Shown one piece after another: positions 57,193 through 64,000 of a stretch of 64,000 nucleotides of DNA. This DNA comes from an uncultured Methanosarcinales archaeon (lineage in GTDB: Archaea; Nanobdellota; Nanobdellia; Woesearchaeales; DSVV01), in assembly GCA_964452935.1 (NCBI GenBank), contig CAYVNO010000003.1, forward strand, positions 18,163 through 82,162, in the 5' to 3' direction. The translations under genes and the position numbers were made by a program. Numbering within the stretch: position 1 is the stretch's first letter; the number at the start of each line of letters is the position of its first letter. The notes under the pieces were generated by a model that was given only the letters and a program-made list of their open reading frames with translations, was not told the origin of the DNA and did not search any database.

Positions 57193-57980
57193 GGTACAAT
57201 CACACCATCTGCATTCATATAAATCCAGTACGCTCTTGTAGGAATTATATTGTAATTCTCAGATATATCAACTTCTTCTAGATTTCCTGCGTCATTATAC
57301 ATCCACAGAGAAATATAACTTCCATCAATATTTGAGAACAGATCATACATTGGCTTCTCTTTATCCTCTTCATCACCATATGTATCTCCTATTAAATTCC
57401 ATCCAGCATATACTGCAGTACTGTGAGGAGACCTTGCTCCTGATTCAGTTGCAATAACTGCATCCATATTTGCTTTAATATCTGCTAAAGTAAAAGTAGC
57501 TGCACTTGCCATCACAAACACATAACCTCTACCTGCTTCTAGTGTATCAAGATCACTTGGTATTGTGTCATCAGCATGCCAAACTTTCCAAGTTCCATCA
57601 ACATATGTGTATATAGAAGTTATACTATCAGTTGATACAACATCTGCTACATTATCATTTAACTCAACATACGGGATAGACACATGATTCTTCCCTTCAT
57701 TAAGAGTAATCTCAGTTATATCATCTCCACATGTACCCTTACAACATTCATCTTGTAACCATATCCCTTCACACATATAACTTGCTGCAGAACACTCTCC
57801 ACCACCAAGATCTTCACATGTTTCAGTCAAACTACAGTCACTTGGACAGGTCTCATCTTCATCAGTCTCACATACGCCATTGCCACAAATAGCCATCTCA
57901 AAAGGCAAAACAAAGCTACAACCGCTTATATAAACTACTAATAGTAGTATTAATCCGAAAAATAGTATTTTTTGTTTCAT
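57189..57980 (-). CDS. Putative lipoprotein / secreted Cys-rich protein
   Basis: Has a lipobox-like LLVVYISGCS, CGNGVCETDEDETCPSDC, and a beta-rich C-terminal domain. There is an ATGA overlap with the downstream gene. Confidence 0.6.
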   Translation of the reverse strand: MKQKILFFGLILLLVVYISGCSFVLPFEMAICGNGVCETDEDETCPSDCSLTETCEDLGGGECSAASYMCEGIWLQDECCKGTCGDDITEITLNEGKNHVSIPYVELNDNVADVVSTDSITSIYTYVDGTWKVWHADDTIPSDLDTLEAGRGYVFVMASAATFTLADIKANMDAVIATESGARSPHSTAVYAGWNLIGDTYGDEEDKEKPMYDLFSNIDGSYISLWMYNDAGNLEEVDISENYNIIPTRAYWIYMNADGVIVP

Positions 57981-58077
57981 TGTACCTATTTTTCTGTTTA
58001 TCTAATATATAAATATTACTATTCATCATATACTCCTCATCAAAAACTATTTAAAACCAGCAATAACACTAAAAACC

Positions 58078-60669
58078 ATGAATAACAACGACCCATTTAT
58101 GCATGAGCTAGATGTAGGGAAGAAAATAGAAGCAGAAAAAAAAGAAAAGACACAAAAACATCACTCTTCGCCACACAAAGACAAAAAATCTAAGAAAAAC
58201 AAAGCTGAAGAACTTATAGAAAGTACTTATGATAATGTCTCTCCTTTTCTAAAAAAGTATGCAATTCCAATTTTACTAACAATCTGTATAATTCTTGCAG
58301 TTGGAATTAGACTACATGCAGCCGAAATACCACTTATGGATCAATGGGCAGAAGAATCCCTAGAAAACAGCTTAAGGCAACAAATAACTGCAGACCTAAC
58401 AGAACGTTACCAACTTATATTTTCTCAGGAAAAAGTCAAGGACATGATTGAACATGAAATCAAAGAAGAATCAAAAACTCAAGAATATCAAGAATGGAAA
58501 AACAATCATGCAAATGAATTAAGAGAAAGCTATCAAGACCCAAACGGGGACACATATCTGCTAGGAATAGATCCATATCATTATTATGATCAAGCACAAA
58601 AAAAGAAATTTGAATCATTTCTACCAGTTATAGAGCATTATTCACACAAAATAGTCTCAATATTCAACAAAGATGTGTCTCTTGTGCAAGTGGTATTCTA
58701 TCTACCAATATTATTTGCAGTATTAATCATAATAACTCTCTTCTTCATTGTAAAAAAGATTGCAGGAACTACTGCAGCCTTTATCTCTTCATTATTCATC
58801 TCCATTCATCCAGAATTTCTTGCCTTTTCCTTCCCAGGATTAACAGACACAAACGCATTAAACATCTTATTTACTCTACTAATAGCTTTATTGTTCCTCT
58901 ATTTCTTTGAATTTAAACTAAAAACATCAATTATAGCAGGAATTCTATTAATCCCTACAATTTTATTATTCAAATACACATGGTCAGGTTATTATAGTGT
59001 CCTGCTTTTCATTGTAGCAACAATTATGGTTTATTATCTCTTAAAACTATATTTCAATCTAACAAGAAACATAAAAAAATCAAACAGATACGTGATACTG
59101 GCGGGAACATTAATATTAATTATCTTTTCATTTATCATCTTCAAACCTTTCTTTGTAGAACATTTACCAGAAAAAGTTACAAATTACATGCATATAGGAA
59201 CTTCTTCAGGACTATTCCCCGACACTTTACTTTCAATAGCTGAGCTAAGACCTCTCTCAATATCAGAATTAGTATTCAAATTAGGGGGGAATATTATTAC
59301 ACTTTTTGCGTTAATTGGATTAATAACTTTGAGTTATACACATCTTTACAGAAAATATGATCAAGAATCAAAAAACACAATATTCATAATCATAATCTCA
59401 GTGCTTTTACTATTCTCAGCATTAAACGCAATAAGATTCTTGCCTTTCTTTATTCCATTCTTTCTTATGCTCTTTGGAATAGGTTTTTCTAAATCAATAA
59501 TATTCCTAACAAAAACATTAAAGAAGTGGTTCTCTACAGAAAGTAGAACAATAATAGCCATTTCTGCTATTGTCATGATATTCTTGTTATTAGTTCCAAT
59601 CACATTACCACTAAATACAAACCTGCAAAAAACATTACAGATTAAACCAATTACCGACGACGCAATTTATAATGCAGCAGTTTCTGTAAAGGAATACCCA
59701 AAAACATCCTCTTTTATTATTTTCATTAATGCTTGGTGGGATAAGGGTTACATTCTAGAATCTATAAGCGATACATTAGTTCTCCAAAGGGGATACCCTC
59801 AAACAGAAGTAGTTTACCTTCAATCATTAGCTCTTACAACTAACAATGAAACACTTTCAGCAGGCATAAATCACGCTTTATATTGCGATGCAGACATTTT
59901 AAAAAATTTAGTAGATTATGATAATTTATCCAACTTATTAACCAATATAAAAAATATTCTAGGAATGACTAAAGAAGAATATGAAGATTATGTCTTAAAA
60001 AATAATATATATAATCCATTAAAAACTCTTTTCTGCGAGAATTATGAAAATATGTTTATAATACTAACAGATGATTTAGCCCTTCGTTTTAATCTCCTCC
60101 AACATTATGCATCTTGGGATCCAGTTGTAAACGATGCAGCTTCAATAATTCAAGGTTTATCACCTTTAGATGCAGTAAATATGATACAAGAAACTTACAA
60201 CACAACACAAACAGAGGCTAACAACATCTACATAAAGACTGAAAAAATAAACACAATCCAAACCCCTCCAATAGATCAATACGATTGTCTAAAATCAGGT
60301 TCAAACGCAATATGCAGAATAGAAAACTATGATTTTGTTATAAATACAGAAACAATGGAAGCAACATACAAAAACTTTTACCCATTAAAATTTTATTTTG
60401 TAGAAAATGGAAATGTTTATCTGAATGAGTTCGACACCCCTAACCCTCTGCCCTATGTTTTAATTATGTACGAACGTGCAGGAAACTATCACGCAATACT
60501 TGTCGACGAGGAAACCTCAGAATCAATTTTCATAAAAATGCTCTACTTAGAGGGATATGGTTTAACAAAATTTGAAAAAGTTTATGAATATGTACAACCA
60601 GAAACAAAGAAAGCTGTTGTTTATAGGTTATTGCCAAAAACAAACTCAACCCAAAATGATAATCAATAA
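58078..60669 (+). CDS. aglB: Oligosaccharyltransferase AglB (STT3 family)
   Basis: 863 aa. It has a multi-TM N-terminal half followed by the WWDKG (WWDxG) catalytic motif and a soluble C-terminal domain. Confidence 0.85.
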   Translation: MNNNDPFMHELDVGKKIEAEKKEKTQKHHSSPHKDKKSKKNKAEELIESTYDNVSPFLKKYAIPILLTICIILAVGIRLHAAEIPLMDQWAEESLENSLRQQITADLTERYQLIFSQEKVKDMIEHEIKEESKTQEYQEWKNNHANELRESYQDPNGDTYLLGIDPYHYYDQAQKKKFESFLPVIEHYSHKIVSIFNKDVSLVQVVFYLPILFAVLIIITLFFIVKKIAGTTAAFISSLFISIHPEFLAFSFPGLTDTNALNILFTLLIALLFLYFFEFKLKTSIIAGILLIPTILLFKYTWSGYYSVLLFIVATIMVYYLLKLYFNLTRNIKKSNRYVILAGTLILIIFSFIIFKPFFVEHLPEKVTNYMHIGTSSGLFPDTLLSIAELRPLSISELVFKLGGNIITLFALIGLITLSYTHLYRKYDQESKNTIFIIIISVLLLFSALNAIRFLPFFIPFFLMLFGIGFSKSIIFLTKTLKKWFSTESRTIIAISAIVMIFLLLVPITLPLNTNLQKTLQIKPITDDAIYNAAVSVKEYPKTSSFIIFINAWWDKGYILESISDTLVLQRGYPQTEVVYLQSLALTTNNETLSAGINHALYCDADILKNLVDYDNLSNLLTNIKNILGMTKEEYEDYVLKNNIYNPLKTLFCENYENMFIILTDDLALRFNLLQHYASWDPVVNDAASIIQGLSPLDAVNMIQETYNTTQTEANNIYIKTEKINTIQTPPIDQYDCLKSGSNAICRIENYDFVINTETMEATYKNFYPLKFYFVENGNVYLNEFDTPNPLPYVLIMYERAGNYHAILVDEETSESIFIKMLYLEGYGLTKFEKVYEYVQPETKKAVVYRLLPKTNSTQNDNQ

Positions 60670-60997
60670 AACAAAAAACAGAAGAATCTCAAACACCCAC
60701 ACTAAATGCAATTCAATCTTCTCAAAAGCTTTAGGTTTAATGTTTTCTACAAAACCAAGATCATTAATATTCAACTACAACAGAGAAATAAAAGAATCAT
60801 TACATATGTTTTTTGTATTCTTTCCCATTGATGTTATTTTCTTAAACAAGAACAAAGAAGTCGTCGAATTAAAACAAAACTTCAGACCATTTTCTATTTA
60901 TTTTCCCAAAAACAAAGCAAAATACATAATAGAACTTCCTAACAACACAATAAAACAAACAAACACAGAAATAAATGATCTAATTGACTTCAGATGA
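60656..60997 (+). CDS. DUF192 (COG1430) family protein
   Basis: Has ALGLMF...SLHMFFVFFPIDVIFLNKNKEVVEL, typical of DUF192. The start was set at ATG 60656 (MIINKTK). Confidence 0.65.
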   Translation: MIINKTKNRRISNTHTKCNSIFSKALGLMFSTKPRSLIFNYNREIKESLHMFFVFFPIDVIFLNKNKEVVELKQNFRPFSIYFPKNKAKYIIELPNNTIKQTNTEINDLIDFR

Positions 60998-61201
60998 GTT
61001 ATTTGTTCTATTCAAATCAAGAGTCTTATTAACAACTTCTGTATGTAATACCTCTCCTGTTTCCTCATCAATAGTCTCAAGCACCACTGTTGTCTCTTCA
61101 ACATACTCTGTTTTTGTTGGCATATTGAAATCTATTCCAGTTAACTCTAAGAACAACACAACAAACACAAATACTAAAATCATTACAGTAAATGTCCTCA
61201 T
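60980..61201 (-). CDS. Small N-terminally anchored hypothetical protein
   Basis: The start was moved to MRTFTVMILVFVFVVLFL (ATG 61201) because the track ORF start overlaps the tRNA 3' end. Confidence 0.35.
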   Translation of the reverse strand: MRTFTVMILVFVFVVLFLELTGIDFNMPTKTEYVEETTVVLETIDEETGEVLHTEVVNKTLDLNRTNNSSEVN

Positions 61202-61249
61202 ATAGAACTCATAGTAATTAGGGTTTATATTTTTTATTAAAATAATGGA

Positions 61250-61520
61250 TGGGGTTGCTGGGACTTTCGTAACCACCTCTTTACTTGGTGACTAAGCGAG
61301 TGCACATGAGCGCATGTCGCCTTCGCTCCCAATCGGCGAAATGATTGATTCGAACCCAGATTTCAACTCCTAATAACTCAAATTACCAGGATCCGTTGGT
61401 ATAGCCCTTTGTAAGTCATCAGTCAAAAGACCTCATCGCTCCACAAAGTCTGGAGCCAACTATCTGCTCGGAAAAGGGTCTAAACCCATTTTCCTTCTAG
61501 CCAGGTTATACTACAACCCC
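61250..61520 (-). tRNA. tRNA-Trp(CCA) with multiple introns (271-nt gene)
   Basis: On the minus strand: acceptor GGGGTTG/CAACCCC with discriminator A. Anticodon stem GTTGG/CCAAC with loop CTCCAG^A (anticodon at 61453-61451), split by a 49-nt intron whose TGGAG pairs with CTCCA. T-arm CTGGG-TTCGAAT...CCCAG, split by about 85 nt. Extra inserts of about 30 nt lie in the D and variable regions. A TATA-like ATATTTATATAT lies upstream. Confidence 0.75.
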
Positions 61521-61561
61521 ATCTAAGAATTAAAAGAACTATCTGCCATATATAAATATTA

Positions 61562-64000
61562 TCATTTCCTGGCTGCAACCACTACATATATTAATAATAA
61601 CCAAACAGCTAACGCTGCTGCTACATACCCAAAAATCTTAAACCAGTTATATCCTTTTTTCTCATCTTCAACATATACAATTTCTGGTAACTCTTGAACC
61701 TCTTCAACAGCATCTACTAACATCTCTTCTTCATCTCCATTAACTTCCTCTACAATCTCTGCAACAATCTCTTGTGGCCCAAGAACCTCTTCCGCTTTAT
61801 CATTTACAAATATAACTACCTGGCCTTCTTCAACTCCTCCTTTGCCATCATCAGCTGTAAACACAGCACTTGTAGTTCCATACCAATCTTCTTCAGGAAT
61901 AAATTGTGCAATATTTCCTTCTATTTCTATCTTAACATTATCTGGCTCTTGAACACTAAATATTAACTCATCATTGTCTGCATCAATAAAATGTTCTCCT
62001 AAATCTAACTCATAAACTGTATTCTTATCCATAATCACAGCAAGTTTTTGTTCTTCAACTATAACCTCCTCAATCTCTTCTTCAATGACTTCTGGCTCAA
62101 ACACCTCGACCTCTTCCTGAAACCCCTCACTAATATCATTAAATATCACAGTTTTACCTTCATTTTCCAACAAGTCTTTCTCATACTCAAGGTCAGAACC
62201 ATCAGTTGTTACAAAGTCACTAATAACAACAATCCTTCCATCTCTCTCACCTAACAGATCTCCTGCTCTTCTCAAAGAAGCCCCAATACTTGACTCTTCA
62301 CCAAAAGGAATTAACCTATCTACAACATATTCAACTGCCTCTCTGTCTACCTCTCTTTCTAAAACAAGAGGATTCCTTCCAATGATTATGACTGTAAACA
62401 CACCCTCGTCATATCTATCTAAATAATTATAAACTGACTCAATAACTCTATCAAATCTAGTCCTACCGTTTTCCATAATCTTAGCACTAATACTTGTATC
62501 AATAACTAGCACAGTAACTTCAGGAAGATCTATCCTGCCATCAGATTCTACCTCTTCTAAAATTACATCAATAAACTCTTCCTCCTCTTCCATAACTTCT
62601 GTTCCTTCATCAGCTTCTTCTACCTCTTCTTCAACAATCTCTTCTTGTTCCTCATCTTCAGCAGTAATCATTGACTCAATTACACTCAAAAGTCTAGCAA
62701 CTTCTTCCTCTAATCCATCGATATCCTCTTCCAACTGGATTATTCTATTCTCATGATCATAAACCCGTGCTTCCAGTTCATCTCTCCTATCTCTTAAATC
62801 ATCTATCTCTTCTCCCAATTTTTCTATCTCTTCTTCTAATAAATCTGAGAATTCGTTCTCTTCAGAAATAAGGATAAGCTCTTCTTGCAACTCCTCAAGC
62901 TCACCCTCTCTATCATTTATCATTTCATCTAATTCATCTAACTCATTCAATAGCTCCTCAAACTCTTCCTCACTCATTAATTCATCAACAACTTCCTCGG
63001 TCTCATTAACACCTTCTTTAGAAAAATAACTACACTGCGGCAAAAATAAAAATCCTAAGAAAAGTACTCCAACTAATAATAAAAGTAATAACAACGGCAA
63101 TAACCATCCCCAAATACTCCTTCCTTTTTTAACAGTCTTTTCTTTCTTTACCTTTTCTACCTTAAATTTCTCTTTTTCTTTCTTCTCTTTTTTATCTCTA
63201 GAAAAATACCAAACTAAGAATATAATTAACAATCCTAATAATAAATATAACAACAGAGGAATCAAAATAAACCAAAAGAGTAAACTTTTCAATTTACCAA
63301 ACAATCCAGAAAATATTGAAGATTTCTCTTCCTCCTCGTCTTCTTCAACCACTTCAAGATCTTCTTCAGTTAAACCATACTGTTCTAATAATTCCTCTAG
63401 CTGCTCTTCTTTATCTTCAAGGGACATATTCAATAAATCTCTCTGAAGTTCTAACCCAATTAACTCTGCTTCAAGCTCTGCAACCTTATCTGCATCAGTA
63501 GCAGAAGCAATAATTTCATCTTCTACTTCATCAATCTGGTCCTCAACTGCAGCTATCTCCTCTTCTAACTTCTCAATATCATCTTGTAGATCTAAAATCT
63601 CTTGAGGTATCTCTCCATAAACAGGATCACTAACAACTTCTTCTGTCTCATTCACACCATCGCTAGGAACAAAAGTACAATAACTTAATGTTCCAAGAAG
63701 CAACAATAATAAAAGCAATAAAGGAAGCAACAACCATAACCATTTAAACTTGCCAGGTTCACTTTTCTTTTCAGCCTTTCTCTTCTCAATTACTAACCGG
63801 TCTTTTTTAACGGGCTTTGGTTTTTCTTCTGGTAAAGGCACAGCCGCATCATCTTCATCCTTTTCCTTAAAGAAAAGAAGATAAACTAAGAATGCAATGA
63901 TCCCAAGCACAAATAATAAGAGTAATAATAACAATAAGTACCACAATAAACTGGATTTCTTTTCCTGTTCTGCCTCTTCTACACAATCAACAACATCTAG
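61562..64000 (-). CDS. Acidic coiled-coil multi-TM surface protein with vWA and Ig-like domains (5' end probably beyond window)
   Basis: Has a repeated module of Leu-rich TM, K-rich linker, TM, C..DGVNETEEVV and E/D-rich coiled coil. Has the vWA MIDAS-like VLVIDTSIS...VVISDF, then a beta-domain, then a C-terminal TM. The frame stays open from the track TTG start (63946) to position 64000. Confidence 0.65.
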   Translation of the reverse strand, partial: LDVVDCVEEAEQEKKSSLLWYLLLLLLLLFVLGIIAFLVYLLFFKEKDEDDAAVPLPEEKPKPVKKDRLVIEKRKAEKKSEPGKFKWLWLLLPLLLLLLLLLGTLSYCTFVPSDGVNETEEVVSDPVYGEIPQEILDLQDDIEKLEEEIAAVEDQIDEVEDEIIASATDADKVAELEAELIGLELQRDLLNMSLEDKEEQLEELLEQYGLTEEDLEVVEEDEEEEKSSIFSGLFGKLKSLLFWFILIPLLLYLLLGLLIIFLVWYFSRDKKEKKEKEKFKVEKVKKEKTVKKGRSIWGWLLPLLLLLLLVGVLFLGFLFLPQCSYFSKEGVNETEEVVDELMSEEEFEELLNELDELDEMINDREGELEELQEELILISEENEFSDLLEEEIEKLGEEIDDLRDRRDELEARVYDHENRIIQLEEDIDGLEEEVARLLSVIESMITAEDEEQEEIVEEEVEEADEGTEVMEEEEEFIDVILEEVESDGRIDLPEVTVLVIDTSISAKIMENGRTRFDRVIESVYNYLDRYDEGVFTVIIIGRNPLVLEREVDREAVEYVVDRLIPFGEESSIGASLRRAGDLLGERDGRIVVISDFVTTDGSDLEYEKDLLENEGKTVIFNDISEGFQEEVEVFEPEVIEEEIEEVIVEEQKLAVIMDKNTVYELDLGEHFIDADNDELIFSVQEPDNVKIEIEGNIAQFIPEEDWYGTTSAVFTADDGKGGVEEGQVVIFVNDKAEEVLGPQEIVAEIVEEVNGDEEEMLVDAVEEVQELPEIVYVEDEKKGYNWFKIFGYVAAALAVWLLLIYVVVAARK

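Overview
This is an AT-rich, very gene-dense archaeal chromosome segment. All function calls rest on motif reading of the supplied translations and on hand-folding; no searches were run. Archaeal hallmarks are the S13-S4-S11-RpoD-L18e-L13-S9-RpoN block, LeuRS, an SRP RNA, AglB/STT3 and a LysW amino-group-carrier pathway. The compact layout (abutting stops, ATGA overlaps) suggests a small-genome lineage, possibly DPANN-like, but that is inference. Core content: a VapBC-like pair, arginine decarboxylase plus agmatinase, a bacterial-type thiamine operon (thiE-S-G-H-F-C, an extra radical SAM gene, thiL), deoxyhypusine synthase, NAD kinase, lysW-X-Y-(Ntn amidotransferase-like)-Z-J, glmM-glmU-HAD-glmS, an NFACT-N protein and DUF192. 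The main accessory block is a ~13.5 kb type IV pilus-like locus (21.8-35.3 kb): a FlaI/PilB-type ATPase, a split FlaJ/TadBC-type platform, two tandem pilins and several class-III-signal proteins, one of them a 1244-aa vWA protein. Other surface genes are Cys-rich secreted proteins and an acidic multi-TM vWA protein. The most unusual signals are non-coding. Two tRNA genes carry multiple non-canonical introns. Four intergenic elements are closed by long helices, and one of these carries a small hydrophobic ORF and flanking direct repeats. A ~95-nt structured element occurs twice, one copy with a 45-nt loop insertion. A 1.4 kb ORF-free region is full of inverted 12-mers, palindromes, tandem repeats and a two-hairpin module that recurs upstream of a free-standing LAGLIDADG gene.
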